From the NCBI RefSeq assembly GCF_018350175.1, contig NC_058368.1, forward strand, positions 47,246,001-47,310,000: 64,000 nt of DNA, read 5' to 3'. The stretch is from Felis catus. Its lineage: Eukaryota. Every line of letters starts with the position of its first letter. Position 1 is the stretch's first letter. The notes under the pieces are model-generated. The model was not told the origin of the DNA and ran no database searches. It was given only the letters and a program-made list of their open reading frames with translations. Both the position numbers and the translations under genes were made by a program. Of this stretch, positions 1 to 14,272 are shown one piece after another.

Positions 1-1650
1 AAAGGTAGAAAATTATTAATTTGACAGATACCAGAAAAAAAATATTTACTCCAACTTCTTGCTTTCCTCTCCAGGTATCCATTTTCCTAGATTTCCCACA
101 TAGTTGCATGGCATGCAGACACAACAGAGTTAAGAGACAAGGAAAATAATTCGAAACAATAACCAGCCCTATTAGCCACTCTTTTGTAATTTTTTCTAAT
201 TTTTCGCAATCTGAGGCACCAACAACGTATATCAAAGATGGAAACACAGCTGAGACAAAAGGACAATTGTTTGCTGTGTTAACCTGGGAGAGCTATTGCA
301 GCCCAGTAACATCTGTAATAAAACGATGGCTGCCTGTTTTCTCACCAGTGTCAAATCATCATAAAATACTGAGGAGAAGGGAGGAATCAAATCTTGCAGT
401 CCTCGAAATCTGATATGAGGTCTATAACCAACCCTGTGCCAGACAGGTAGCTTTTACAAGAGGACAAACACACTGTAAGGGAATGAATCAAAGCAAAGGA
501 TTAGATAATTGAGGAGGTGACAACACATCAGATAGCGGGTGGCAGAGTGAGGTATGGAACAGGAGTTGCCTGCCCAGCAACACACAGGAAGAGTTACGAC
601 ATTTATGCATTTTCATTTCTACAGGTGGGAACCTCAAATCATTCCATGGGCTAGCCTCTGAGTACCTCTAATCCAAGCCTGCCAAGGCTCAGTTGATATA
701 CTCCCGTATCGTCAGAGATGGACCCAACATATTTTCAACAATATTTCTTTGGTCCTAACAAGACACATTTTAAGTCTAAATAACCCGTAAATTCAGACCT
801 TATATTCTATGTTTAAGAAATATGCCCTTACAGGTTCTATTGTACATGGCCGTAGATCCAGGAAATATTATTTAACCACCTACTCTGTGCCGGGCTTGAA
901 TAAGACCACTCTCCTCCAGTTTGCCATTCCATCCTGACAGCCATGCTCTGTTGTCTGTGCTATTATCTTCTTTTCATAGGCAACAAAATAAGAATCAGAG
1001 AAGCGACTTCCCAAAATGACATGTACCAGGAGAATGCTTTTTCTCCCCTAATCTGGTCGGTCTGATTGCAGCCAGAGTACGGAAGGACTGTAGGGCTGCA
1101 GTGTGCTTGCTTTCAGCCCAAGCCCGGAGCTCCAGGCCCAGGGTGCTTTCTCTCTCCTCCCAGGGCTCTGACTCAGGATCTCACGGCCAGCAGTTCTCCG
1201 TCAAGTCTGTCAGCCTCTGACAACATTTTTTCCACTTTATTTCAGACACTGGATTTGTCTTTTGTTAAAACAATATAAAATTTGATTATTTTCCTACTCT
1301 TGTTCGTTTGCAACATTTTATAATTTCCAAGGTTTTCTTTTCTTAGTCTTTTGCAAATAACAGCATCTGGCTAAAAGGCCTAAGGATAAGCCAGCACTCC
1401 AACAAAGGACAATTAGCCTTCAAAATGGATTCTGACCCCTCCTAACAGATCTCCGTTCCAATTTTAAATTATCCTCTTGACCTTAAAGACGATGCTCTGT
1501 GGGAGTGAGACACCTAAAACCACTGTTCTTCATAACCCAGTCGAGTTATGAATTTAAAGTTTCCCACAAAATAGCAATAAATCCAAAGACAGTGTAGGAG
1601 AACCACAGGAAAAGGGTTGCTTTCTCATCTCAAGAATTTTTTTCAGTTCT

Positions 1651-1860
1651 GGGGCGCCTGGGTGGCTCAGTCGGTTGAGCGTCCGACTATGGCTCAGGTC
1701 ATGATCTCTCGGTTTGTGAGTTCGAGCCCCGCATCGGGCTCTGTGCTGACAGCTCAGAGCCTGGAGCCTGCTCCGGATTCTGTCTCCCTTTCTCTCTGCC
1801 CCTGCCCCATTCACACTCTGTCTCTCCCCAAAATAAGTAAACATTAAAAAAAAAAAAAAA
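1651..1860 (+). mobile_element. Can-SINE (SINEC_Fc type)
   Basis: GGGGCGCCTGGGTGGCTCAGTCGGTT head, CT-rich body, poly(A) tail; flanking near-duplicate aagaatttttt(t)cagt. Confidence 0.95.
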
Positions 1861-2317
1861 GAATTTTTTCAGTCCTTAAAGAATTTAGTTGTAGAAAATC
1901 TAGGGTCTTGAACTTCTAGGACTTTCTAAAGTTAGCCAGACGTTCAAAAGATCTGCATGACAACCTCAGAAGACATCAAGAAAAGGTCAGACATGGGGAA
2001 CCCCTCAGTGTGATCCTGATGCAGACTTAATCTTGAAGACAAAGTGGTCCAAACTTTTGATGGGAGTCAATGTAGGAAGTCATGTTGAATGAGAGGCAAA
2101 TACCAAAGTAAGTGAGATAAAGTTAGCACCTATCCTAGCTTCAGCCCTACCTATCACTCAGACTAAGACCAGGTACTCATTCTTTGTTGGGTGCTTTGGT
2201 GCCTCACCTGAAAAATGTAGGATTCTCTACTAAGGTCACTGGAAACCTTATCTTATGATTTGATTTAAGAATAAGCATAAGTGAACTTATCCATCTTGGC
2301 TTCACAATAGAATTATC

Positions 2318-2504
2318 TTATTTTTTATTTTTGAGAGAGAGAGAGTGAGAGTATGAGCAAAGGAGAGGGGCAGAAGGAGAGAGAGAATCTTAAGCAGACT
2401 GAGCGTGGAGCCTGACATCGGACTCGATCCCACAACCATGAGATCATGATCTGAGCTGAAATCAACAGTCAGGCAGTCAACTGACTGAGCCACCCAGGTG
2501 CCCC
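2318..2504 (-). mobile_element. Can-SINE (older subfamily)
   Basis: Reverse complement of the SINE head (gagccacccaggtgcccc); TSD acaatagaattatc / acaatggaattatc. Confidence 0.92.
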
Positions 2505-3879
2505 ATACAATGGAATTATCAAATATTAAGTTCTCAACTCATTTTATTCTGAAAGCCAGTTCGAAACTGGCTGGAGTTAAAAAAAAAAATTCCACCAAGG
2601 TCTTTAGGATAAAGGGGATCATACCTCTGTTAGGAAAACACTCCTTAAAGGAGAACAAATTTCAGAATTTTATTTAACAACCAGAGCATGACTTGAATTC
2701 CAAGGTTCCTTTGGGAGGAAGAAAGGGCACTATAATAATAATTTGATGCCAATAATACTCTTCCACCATGGACTGGATATCAGGGGGTGATAATATTGGA
2801 AAGACATGTGGTGTGCTGAGAAATGGACCAGCTTTAAAGCCAGTCAGTAACTCATTCTCTATGGTTTTCCCAAGAGCTGGACAATACCTAACATAGCAGG
2901 ATCTTGTTATGGAAATCACCTGGTGCATTTATTAAAAATAAAGGTTCCCAGGACCCCTGCAGATTCTGATACAGTGTCTATCACCAGACAAATCCGGGAA
3001 AAATAGACTTAGCCAGGTCACTGGAGAGGGAAGGCCTCTCCCTTTGCTCTCCACAAGCTCACCTCGTTCAAACCAAAGAGGAGAGGGTGAGGAGACACTG
3101 GTGAGCCCCGCTGGTGCGCGGGAAGGCCTGAGGTTTTGTTTATTGCTGGTGAGTCAAAGCACACTGATGAGAGCAGTGAGGGAGGTGATTTTGAGGGCAA
3201 GAAAACACCTGGGAGAGACAGAACTCACCTTTGATTCATTAATTAAATTTGTAGAAAGGCAGCTGCCCAAGAGGTCCTGCAACTGCACATACCTCACTCC
3301 GTCTTTTTATGAGAAAGAAACAAATGACCCAAAGGCAGGCTGAGGATAGGGTTTTCTTTTTCCAGAAACTATGTTTAAGCACCGCTGCTAGGATCAGTAC
3401 TCCACGTCTATGTTCCACTCACATGGGCATTTTCACCACAGCTACCATTGATCAGAAAAGGTTAAAATGTATTTGTTTGCTGAATGAAAATTCCCTCTTA
3501 TGCGAGAGTTTATCCTTCTGGTCCTTCTTCTGGAATCAATATCACTTTCTTTCAGGGGTAAACTATAAACTACATCTTATGGACATTAAAAGAGAAAATG
3601 GAGGATGAGTCAATGACAGAATAATAAATAAAAGGTTTTGCAAGCACACATGCAAAAATGCCTTAAGGAGAATAAAATATAATGAGAAAAAGTAAACTCG
3701 AGGCATTACAATCGCAGCTGAATTGCTGTATCAGTGAAGATGGAGGGCACGTAGGTGTGCTTCAGATGGATTCATGTCCTTTTGTTTGCAGCTTTTATAA
3801 ACTACATGAATGTAATCCTGGCAAACCTCATGAACACTGTATATAATTGCTGGAATGCAAGTTTCACAACAGCAAAGTC

Positions 3880-3975
3880 AATGTCTGCTTTACCTACTGT
3901 ATCCCCAGAGCCTAGCACAGAGCCTGGCACATGGTAACCACCCAATAGATATTGGATGGATGCATGGATGGATGG
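3880..3975 (+). mobile_element. L2 LINE 3' end relic
   Basis: gtatccccagagcctagcacagagcctggcacatggta...atggatg resembles the L2 3' terminus. Confidence 0.7.
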
Positions 3976-4161
3976 TCGCAGATATTTGAGGGCTAGGCAG
4001 AGACATACCTACAAATATTCTGACCTTGTTTCATCTTCAAGAGAAAACCTGCTCTATGTTTCTGAAACCATGGTAAATTATGGAAGAAGGAAACTACAGG
4101 GTAGAAATTAGTAATCCTTTTCATAAAATCAGCAAGGCAATAAATGTCAATAGAAGACCAG

Positions 4162-4409
4162 TACGTTAGTTTACTAGGGCTGCCTAGCAAAGTGACATAA
4201 ACTGAGTGGCCTAAACAACAGAAATTTATTGTTTCACAGTTCCAGAAACAAGAAGTCCGAGATCAAGCTGTTCGTAGGGTTGGTTCCTTCTAAGGACTGT
4301 AAATAAGGATCTGTTCTAGTCTCTTTGTTGGCAATCTATGGCGTTCTTTGGCTTGTAGATGTGTCACCCTGATCTCTGCATTAATTAATCTCATGTGGCA
4401 TTCTCTGTA

Positions 4410-4452
<43 letters not shown>

Positions 4453-4651
4453 ATGTGTCTACATTTCTCTTTTTTATAAGGACTCTAGTCATTTTGGGTT
4501 AGAGCCTACCCCAATGACCTCATTTTAGCTTTATTACCTCTGTAATGATCCTAAGATACTAGGGGTTAGGACTTCAACACGAATTTGATGGGGTGGAGTA
4601 TGGCCTGGGAGTGGGGGGAGGAAGGGAAGAACACAATTCAACCCACAATAA
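4162..4651 (-). mobile_element. MLT1 (ERVL-MaLR) solo LTR, containing a (TG)n microsatellite at about 4410-4451
   Basis: ctagggctgcc...aaacaacagaaatttattgtttcacagttccag...ggttaggacttcaacac...acacaattcaacccacaata match MLT1B/C-type ends. Confidence 0.85.
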
Positions 4652-4773
4652 CTAGGTGCCACCATTTAGAATGCATATTATCTGTGACAAAATAAACTAA
4701 ATTATTATTTAACCTTATTTTTGAAGGAAGGAAGATATCCCAGTAACAAAAAGATAGTAAGTAAAAATTATAT

Positions 4774-4975
4774 GGGGCACCTGTGTGGCTCAATCAGCTG
4801 AGCATCTGACTCTTGATTTCGGCTCATGTCATGATCCCAGGGTTATGGGATCAAGTCCCACATCAGTCTCCGCACTGAGCTTGAAGCCTGCTTAAGATTC
4901 TTTCTCTTTGCCTCTGCCTTTTTCCCCCACTTGCACTCTCTCTCTCTCTCACTCTCTCTCTAATAAAAAAAAAAA
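4774..4975 (+). mobile_element. Can-SINE
   Basis: ggggcacctgtgtggctcaatcag head, (CT)n, A tail. Confidence 0.92.
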
Positions 4976-5899
4976 TTACTACAAATTACCCCTTGTTACT
5001 TAACATTTTCTAAAACATCATCAATATTATCTTAATTTAACTTCTCTCTACTAGTTTAGTGAGTATATTCACTCACTATTTAAATATGCAGTTTTAGTGT
5101 AAAAATGTATATAAGACCCTCAATAGATTTCCTTCCAACACCAGTTCTCTCTCATTTTGTTTTACATTTAATGGTTAAATTCCTCCAATACAGTGTTTTT
5201 AAAGAAGCTAGCCACAATGGTTGGAAAGTAAATATCATAGATATATGTATCATAGATATATCTATAACTTTACATAGATAAATGTAAAGTTCTCACCCTT
5301 GAAAAGATAATGTCCTTAGAAAATTTACTTACCCAAATAGCTCATTTCCTGACAATGATGAATAATGGATATTGTACTATTTATAGAAATGATTTCACTG
5401 GATATATACAAATGATAAGGTTCAGTTCATTTTGTGTGAGAACTAGTACCTTTATGATGAAGGAAAGGGGATATTAGAGAAATATCCAACAAAAACTTTT
5501 AGAAACTTAGATATATTGTATAAGTCACATCCATTGGGAATCTGATAAACATCAAGAAGAAAAGATCAAATTCACTGTTATAGTAACATTCATGGTATTT
5601 GGCATTTTTGCTCTATGAAAGAGGCATCAAATATATCCTCTGAGTACACTAGACTCAAAAAAAAAAGAAAATTAGGAAAGCTAAATGTTAAGTCTTACAC
5701 TCAGGAAGTTCAGAGAAAATATGATTAAATAGGCACAGATTCTGACTGGGAAAATAAGCTAAGAGTGAAGAAATTCTGAAAAATAAATTTTATTTCACTG
5801 CCCAACAGTAATGATTGATCTTGAAAAAGAAGGAAAAATGTTTTAATCAACAAGCCTTTCATATAAAATCAAGGACCCATGTGTATTTGAAGTAATAAT

Positions 5900-6245
5900 A
5901 GTGTTCTACAAATAATCTGATAAAGCAATACACTAAAGATAGTATACTTCCTAAATATCAGCCCTATTCAACTAGAAACATACAATTTTTAAATCTCACT
6001 CATAGTTGCATCAGAATATACAAAATATCAAGGAATAAATTAAGCACAACGTATATAGATCTACATGCAGAAAAATACAAAATGTTTTGGAGCAAATAAA
6101 ATAAAGAAGGATAGCAAGTTGCAGAGATGATTTAATACTGCATAAATGTCAGTTCTTTCATAATCTACAAAGTCAATATTCTTCCATTGAAAACTCCAAT
6201 AGCATTTTTTGACGAAATGAATCTAAAGTTCATCTGGAAGAATAA
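5900..6245 (+). mobile_element. Old L1 (L1M-type) ORF2 fragment
   Basis: A-rich degenerate L1 ORF2-like text (atgtcagttctttc...ctaaagttcatctggaagaa) that resumes after the younger L1 at about 6520-6585. Confidence 0.6.
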
Positions 6246-6269
6246 TGTGTCCCCCCCCCCCAAAAAAAT

Positions 6270-6512
6270 AGTTACAAACCGAGAGGGAGTCAAACCATAA
6301 GAGCCTCTTAAATACAGAGAACTGAGGGTTGGTGAGGGGGGCAGCAGGAAGAGGAAAATTGGTGATGGGCAATGAGGAGGGCACTTGTTGGGATGAGCAC
6401 TGGGTGTTGTATAAAAGTGATGAATCATGGGAATCTACTCCCAAAGCCAAGAACACACTGTATTCTCTGTATATTAGCTAACTTGACAATAAATTATATT
6501 TAAAAAAAAAGA
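6270..6512 (+). mobile_element. Carnivore L1 3' UTR end (5'-truncated)
   Basis: aaccataagagcctcttaaatacagagaac...gggatgagcactgggtgttgtat...aataaattatatttaaaaaaaaa. Confidence 0.88.
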
Positions 6513-8604
6513 AAATTGTATGGGAATTTGTGCTGGCAGATATTAAATGTATTTTTGTAAAGCTATTGTAAAGCTACAGTAATTACATGAGTTCAACGGA
6601 CTACAATCGCACACCAAGACACAAGTTAATATGTCTGGCAACTAAAAGCTCTCGTAAACTTAGACTGCAGTTTCAAAAGAGTAAAGGGAACACTGACAAA
6701 ACTCAAGTTTCCCTAAGAAAGAAATGCTATAAACTGGACTGCTTCAATAGTAGAAATTTGTTCTGGGGATGGATTTCTGATGTTCCTTGGCACTTGAAGA
6801 CTCTATGAAAATGGAGCAGAACGTATGATGCAGGTGATTGAGACTCCAAGCCTTTAAAAAAAAAAAAATTTTATCAGAGCCCTTGTGTTTTATCAGAGTG
6901 CTTCAGGAGTACCTGTGGCAGGTAAGTGGGAGGAAAAATGGGTGCATTAAAGTTTGCATATCATAAAGATCACTTGGCAGCAGTGTAAGGATCAGCAGGA
7001 AGACCAACTTGATGATTATTCTAATAGTCCAAGCAAGAGGGTTGATGGAGCGGAGTAGCTGTGGAAGTGGACAGGGCAAAAAAGGCATCAAGAATTATTT
7101 AGGAAGTAAAATTCTCCTGGTGATCAATGGCGTGTCAGATTAAGTATGAATGAAAGTCCAAGATAATTCACAGGTGTTCAGTCTTAAGCAACTGGGTAAT
7201 AAGGAATAAAGAAGGGTGGGTATCAAGGGCTAGACAGTTTAATTACCAGGTCTTTATTTTTAGGAAACACCCTAACATATTTTGTATATTTTACGTCTTT
7301 TGTATATTTGATACATTTATTTTACATATTGGGGTTTCCCATAATTTTATTTACAAAATGCTTCTGTTACTCTAAAAACAGACTGTAAACTCCTGGGTTT
7401 GAATGAGAGTCTTTGTATAGCTAGGCCAATTCTCGTTTTTAAGGGGGGAAAACTGGAGCTTATAAAGGTATTTTCATTCATCCTGAATCGGTGTCAAATA
7501 TGATCATTTTCACTCTAAGTCTTGTGGTCCCAGCGTGTGCTCAGATAACTAGAGCATGTGGTACAGAACACCATGAACGCTGAACTGCTGACCTGGTAAG
7601 AACCTTAATGTTCTGCTAGTCCAATCCCTTGATTGAACAAGCATCTGAGTCCCGGTCATTTTGGTCCAGCTGTTACAGTGACTGCAGTGGCAGAGCCCAG
7701 ATTAGAATCCAGTAGAATAAATTCTAATGGAGCATGTGACCCACTGCCACCTTCTGCCTCAACATTGCATGCTAAATCAGGCAGTAGAATTGTTAGCCCT
7801 TGTCGACAGTTTCAAAATAAACGATTTTCTATTAACACAATAGATTAAATGTATTCTCTTTTTTCATCCTCACAACTCCATGAATTAAAAATAAGATTCC
7901 CACTGTACAGATGAGGAAACTAAAGCTTATGGAAAAAAGTAATTTGCCCAAAGTTGCAGTCAGTAAGTGCTAAACTTGAACTCAGATCTCATAACTACAA
8001 GCTTTTTTCCCTAATGCCCTCATTTACAAAAGAAATGAAATTACTCTTGGAAGAACGAATGCTAATTTCATATAGGTCTGTGCAAGATGATGAAAAATAA
8101 ACAAAATATACAAGGTTTGTATATCTTATTAAACTCAGAATCTTAAAAACTGCTTACCTAATACATTTACCTTGACATCATAGATTACTTTTAATACTAC
8201 CCTTGCCCTGCTATATTTGACCTCTATTCATAGAAAATGAAAGGCAGCTGTAAGGATTGATTTTTAGATCTCTTTATTCAAAGTAAAAGATGAGCCAAAA
8301 TCAAATTTCAGTATGTCCAATATTTATGCTTGCAAAGACAGTCTTGCAAGTGTCAACACTGGGTATATATTAGCATTATGGAAGATCAGCAGGTATAGGG
8401 TGAAAAAGCCATTATCAATAAGAAAGTCCCATATAACAATAAACACAGCTTCACAGTATTGTTTTAAAAATATACACAGCCCCTCCTTTAGACTGTAGCT
8501 ATTTTTGAACGGTATTCATTAAGTTCATTTTTCTAAAATGTATAAAACTAATCCTTTTCAAATAAAATTATAAGTAAAATTGATAAAATGAAATAACTTT
8601 AAAA

Positions 8605-8810
8605 TAAAAAGAGACAAACAAAAAATACAATTTTTTTTTGATAGAGAGGGAGAGAGAGAGTGAGCCGGGGAGGGACAGACAGAGAAGGGGACAGAGGATA
8701 TGAAGCAGGCTTTGTGCTGACAACAAAGAGCTCAACGTGGGGCTCGAACCCACGGACCAGGAGATCAAGACCTGAGCCAAAGTCAGATACTTAACTGACT
8801 GAACCACCCA
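8605..8810 (-). mobile_element. Can-SINE
   Basis: Reverse-complement SINE body (gacctgagccaaagtcagatacttaactgactgaaccaccca). Confidence 0.9.
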
Positions 8811-8827
8811 ACTACCTCCCCCCTCCA

Positions 8828-8910
8828 GAAAAACAGACTCTTAAATATAGAAAACAAACTTGTGGTTGCCAGAGGGGAAGGTAGTAGGGGGATGTGTGAT
8901 AAATAAATAA

Positions 8911-8958
<48 letters not shown>
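8828..8958 (+). repeat. Short carnivore L1 3' UTR fragment followed by (TAAA)n/(TAGA)n tetranucleotide repeat
   Basis: aaacagactcttaaatatagaaaacaaacttgtggttgccagagggga, then a GATA array at about 8912-8958. Confidence 0.75.
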
Positions 8959-9144
8959 TACTTGGCAAAAAAACAAAAAAAACCCAAAAACTAATAATAT
9001 TTAAATGTCAGATTCCAGAGAACTTTCTTTCTATTCACAAGTTGAAGTAATTGGCCTATGTGGTAGAGAGAAAAATGGATAAAAACCGAGTCCTGGATCC
9101 TTGTTCCAGGCAACACGGCAGAGTGACAAGGGCAGACTTAACCT

Positions 9145-9340
9145 GCGACGTGCATTCTAATCCTGACTCTCCTGCTTGCTAGCTATGTGACAATGGCCCT
9201 GTTATCCAACTTCGTGATCCCTCAGTTTGCTCATCTGTTAAATGAGGATGATAATTAGTGCCCATAACCTCATAGAGTTATCATCAGGATTAAGTTAATA
9301 CTCACAAAACCATAAAACAATGCCTGGCACAAAGGAAACA
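9145..9340 (+). mobile_element. MIR SINE
   Basis: MIR core cctcagtttgctcatctgttaaatgaggatgataat...tgcctggcaca. Confidence 0.8.
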
Positions 9341-9574
9341 GTGGCTAAAATTTTGTCCGTGAAACAAACCATGAATTTAGACAAGACACTTCACTTCTGT
9401 GGGCCTTGATTACCTTCCTTGTAATATGAAGTGATTACACAATCTCTAAACTCTATTAACTTTGAAGTTTGATGAGTCAAATGCTTAAAACTATGGAATA
9501 CCTACCTCTAAATAAGTTGGCAAAGTTTGATTACAACATGTGTGGATTTTGAGTCCCCCCTTCATGAGATAATT

Positions 9575-9765
9575 TGTTTTTTGTTTGTTTTAGAGGGAGA
9601 GAGCACATGAGCAGGGAAGTGGGGCAGAGGGAGACAGAAAAAGAGAGAGAGAGAACCTCAAGCAGGCTCAGGACTCAAACCATGACCCTGGGATCATGGT
9701 TTGAGCGAAACCTGAGCAGAAACCAAGAGTCTGGGGCTCAACCAACTGAGCCACTCAGACACCCC
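9575..9765 (-). mobile_element. Can-SINE
   Basis: caactgagccactcagacacccc terminus; TSD gagataatttg on both sides. Confidence 0.88.
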
Positions 9766-9909
9766 TCAGAGATAATTTGATCAGGAAACTTCATCATACA
9801 AGAAGAGAGGCAAAGCAGAAGGAGATTAAAAAAAGAAAAAAAGAAAAAAAAAAGAACAGGGTCCTTGGAAATTAGATTCCCGGAAACTGCTAATGGGTGG
9901 TGGTGCTTT

Positions 9910-10110
9910 GGAGTTTGAACCTTGGAGACAGTTCGACCTCAGTCAAATCCCAGCTTCTCCTTAACCAGTGTGACACTGACGGTGTCCTTAGCATCTCTGA
10001 GCCTCACAATCCCCATCTCTATTATGTTTTAATAGCAGTCTCTACTTCACAAGTAGTCAGAAATGAGATTGCACACGTAAACCACAGGTTTGGCACATAG
10101 TGGAGAATAT
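9910..10110 (+). mobile_element. MIR SINE
   Basis: tcaaatcccagc...tgtgac...ctctgagcctca...tggcacatagt. Confidence 0.7.
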
Positions 10111-11339
10111 AATAAGCAGCGTTCTGGTGGCAGTGATGCTCATCACTCATGAGCATGATGTCTACAAGGGACTGTAGCAATTTTATAACTAACTCTCCTA
10201 TCCATTCACAAAATCATTATAAACTACAAAAATTACATTAAATGCACAGTGTGAGACTTAGCCCAACTTCATTCCTTCTTTTGGTGGTCAGGTGTACCAC
10301 ATTTCATTTATAAAAACAAAATATAAAAATAAGAAACATAATTTTCCATCATAACTTATCTTTTTCATCTAACAATGCTCTATTGAAATACCCACAACTT
10401 TAAAATTTTCACATGGAATTTTTAAAATGACAAATAAAGGATTAGATGATTTAGTTTCGAGTTTGGGGGAAGCAGCACATTATTAATAACTCAAGGATGG
10501 ACGTGTGATTACACAGCAATGGAAATCTACACAAATCATCTCGTCCTTCAGATGTGAAGATGTTTCTGTGGGTGTCATTATCAATACAACTGGTGCAGCT
10601 TAAATAAACAGAATTACTAACAACTTTGCAGACTGAATAGATTTCAGTAGACCAAATTAAATTCAAACTATTTTCAATACTACCCACAAACATACCAAAT
10701 CCATAGACTGTCTTGGAGGAAGAAAAAAAGATCCTAAGCATTAAGTGCTCCTTTTTAATCCTTACAAAATTTCGAGCGTTCTCTATTTGTATTTTACTGC
10801 ATTACTGTTTTGGTAAAGTGGTGAATGCTATTGAAAAATTAACTAATGTACAAAAGAAGATAAAATCATCCAAAAACCTGCCACTCAGAAATAATCTCTG
10901 TTAATACTTTGGAAAATATCATGTTAGACCTCTCTCCAAACCTATATACACATATGAATTATGTACATATGGTGTTACATTAATTATATCATGCCAAATG
11001 GCATTCCTTAATGTGTTTTTCTCTCGACAATATGCTGTGGTCATCCTTTTTATCTCTGTAAATGTGGATCCATATCATCATTTTCATTGCCATACTGTAC
11101 TCACTAATACACATCAGCAAATTTTACCTTGTCCATCAATGTGAATGAACACTTACAACATTCTTATGTAATCATTTTGTGGAACATGGTTATCTTCTCC
11201 CTTTGGCAATCCTTCTAGCCAACTAAAACACATTTTTAAAGAGATAAAAAAAAATTCTAAAAAATGAGCCATTCATAAGCAATTTAAACATTTAACATGT
11301 TATATATTAATATGTATCCAAAATGTTTTTATTCCCAAA

Positions 11340-12365
11340 AACATATAGTTAAGGAAATATGTAGGTCCTGTAATGAGAAAACTATAAAACACAGAATTCC
11401 TGAGTGGCTCAGTCAGTTAAGCATCTGACTCTTGATTTTGGCTCAGGTCATGATCTCACGGTTCATGAAATCGAGTGCCTAGTCAAGCTCTGTCCTAGAA
11501 GTACAGAGCCTGCTTGGGATTCTCTCTCTCCCTCCCTCTCTCTGCCTCTCTCTCCTGCTCATGCTCACTCACGCTCTCTAACTAAATAAATAAAAACTTC
11601 AAAAAAAAAAAGAAAACTATAAAACTACACTAAAGGACAGACAAGACTTGAATAAATAGAAAGATAAACCTTGTCTTGGGTATAAAGATTTAATGTTGTA
11701 ACAAAGGCAGTTCTCCCTAAATGAGTCCATATATTTAGTGCAATCCCATTTAAGATCCTAGAGGATTTTTTAATGTTTCCAAATGTTTCCTAATTAATAA
11801 ATATGCAAGGATATTCGGGAGAATTCTAGAAAGAAGGAAGAGGATGCTGGGAGGAGGAGAAGAACAAGAACCAGGAGGAGGAAGATGGTGCATTAAAAGA
11901 CATTGGAATGTATTATCTAGTTATCGTGATTAGAACAACGTGAACTGGCACAGGAATATGTGATGAGGTCAATGAAACAGAACGCACATTCCAGGAAGTG
12001 ATGTATCACATGATAAAGGTATCATTTTAAATCAAATCTGAACTATTCATAAATAGCATTAGGGCAAGTTGTCATTGTTTGTAAAAAAAAAAAAAAAATT
12101 AAAGCTCGATGGTGACCTCAGTCCTTACATTATAACAAATTCCAGATGAATCAAATGTCTGAATTTCTAAAAGAAATCTATTAGAGGAAAAAAAAACTGT
12201 GATGAGCTGTAATACAATTTTAAAATAGGAGACCTCTTTTAAACATGTCACAACAAATAGAAATCATAAAGGCAATGCAAGTATCCGTTTGATGATGTAA
12301 AATTTACATTTTCTGTATGATTTTTTTAAGAAACAACATGCGTAATGTTGAAAGTCAAACCGTAA
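11340..12365 (+). mobile_element. Old L1 (L1M-type) ORF2 fragment interrupted by a Can-SINE
   Basis: gaaaactataaaac...aagacttgaataaatagaaagataaaccttgtcttgggt...caaattccagatgaatcaaa, degenerate L1 ORF2. Confidence 0.65.
11398..11611 (+). mobile_element. Can-SINE
   Basis: cctgagtggctcagtcagttaagcatctgact; TSD gaaaactataaaac. Confidence 0.9.
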
Positions 12366-14266
12366 ACTGGTATCATTTTTTACAACATTTTTTTCACTTG
12401 AAAGAAGGCTGTTAACTTAATATCATTGCCTAAAACGTTAATAGTGCCTCAGATACTTCCATACAGGACTGATCCTTGACCCCATAACAACCGTATACCT
12501 GATATTTTCAAAAGCTGCTGTTTTCTCAGTTCTTCCAAATAAGCATCCACCTGTAGCCTACTGCTAATGATTTTGTTCTAACAATTATATAGCAATGTAT
12601 ACCTATTCAATTACAAGATCTCCACGTATAGTCTTATTTTATCATGCCAGTAAACCTCACATATATAACTATCATCTTAAAAAGGTACTTCCTCAGTCTC
12701 TAAAGAAGTGTTGGAAGAGGATTTCTTTTCTCCGACCTGAGATGGGGAACAGGGGTCCGTGTGGCAGTTACCACTAGCCGATGTAAAATTTCAACACAAA
12801 GCATTTCTCGAATTGCGTCTACTACAATGTAGGATACACAACAGAATCATCATATTTTAGCCTAAAAAAATTTCTTCGTACATTTGTCCCCCTCTTGATT
12901 CCAGAAAGACAGTATGGTAATGACCTAGACAGATGAATATCTATTCTTCACTTTTGAGGATTAAATGGATTATTTAAAACAGTCTTAGCACACTATTTGA
13001 GTGTTCAATAAATGTGAGTTTTATCATTATTGTAATATTGTTATTATGATTATTATTTAGTCCAAATAAGACAGGAAGACCTAAGAGGCAGAAGACTATT
13101 GCCTATGTGTCCTATTAAATAAGCAGTACACATGTATCTATCTGATATTGGAACTGAAGTGAGGAAGCAGATAATGGCTTTGAGCTAGAGGTTCCAGGAG
13201 ATGATTAATGGTGTCTCACTAGAAATGCCATGGCGCTGTGCAGGGGCATCAGAGGTGGGAGCAGAGAGGGAGTGGTTCACTGGTCTCCTTACCAGAGTGT
13301 ATTTAAATTGTTTCTCTTCCACCAAGCGTATTGCTAGTTGTGAAAGAGAGAGAACACAGCAAAGAGAACAAAGACACTCAAGATGCAGAGACAGTATAGC
13401 AGCATCACTGAGTGAGATAGCCCGGTAGCTGGTCAGACAGCTAGGACATTTAGAGCAACTTTGTAAAAGTGTAATTTAAAGTGAACTTCCTGCAAGTGAA
13501 ACAGGAATTGGTGACCTAGGGCAGATGGCATGAGGCAAGAGTCACGTTGGGCTCTCTGAAGGGACTCTAGGCTGGACCAGAACAGAGACTGATTCCCTTG
13601 CCATGCCAGCTCAGGGTTAAGGGCCATATCTGTTCCTTATAGTAGAAGGACTAGAAATTGATATCAGAACCCACTGTGTTTCCTTTAGTATGTGTTGTAT
13701 ATTCAATAAAACACATGTGGTATTCTTCAGAATATGGTTTCAGCCAGTCTCAACAAATCCTATGATCTTTTTCAAAATTTCCTGAATTAAAAAGACAAAT
13801 ACAGATCCAACTTCTGGTAACCTAAGTGGAAAAAAAAATCAAGAATAAGGACATATTTCCAAATGATACATTAACAAACCTACTGCAACCTGAGTATACT
13901 ACACATCAGATGAGAATTTCTTAAGAGTGTAAGACACCTAAAAATTCCTGGTGACAACATGGGTTGTTTATTTGGGGTCATATATTTGCTTCAAACTTCC
14001 TCTATACCACAGAAAGAGGAAGTTTCCAGTTACACTATTTAATTAGTACCTCATTAAGAGCATAAACATGATAAGCAATACAGGTTCTGGCCCCAGTGTT
14101 TGTACCTGGATATGGGTAAACAGTTTTTAGTGAGTCTTGGCTCTCTGACAGCTCTCAGCTGTCATTGGCACTACAGAGCCCAGGGAAGGTGCTGACATTC
14201 CTTGCCAAGTGCACACTAGTAAACATTCAAAGCAGTTGAGAAATCCAATCACATCGACTAAACTAC

Positions 14267-14272
14267 TAAAAA

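Noticed and set aside
625..760. Strong-looking + acceptor (tttcatttctacag)
   Set aside because: All three frames stop within about 50 nt and no donor is nearby.
2554..5078. Small 8-bp hairpins (AGCCAGTT-cga-AACTGGCT at 2554; TAGTGAGT-atattc-ACTCACTA at 5057)
   Set aside because: Stems this short are expected by chance in 64 kb.
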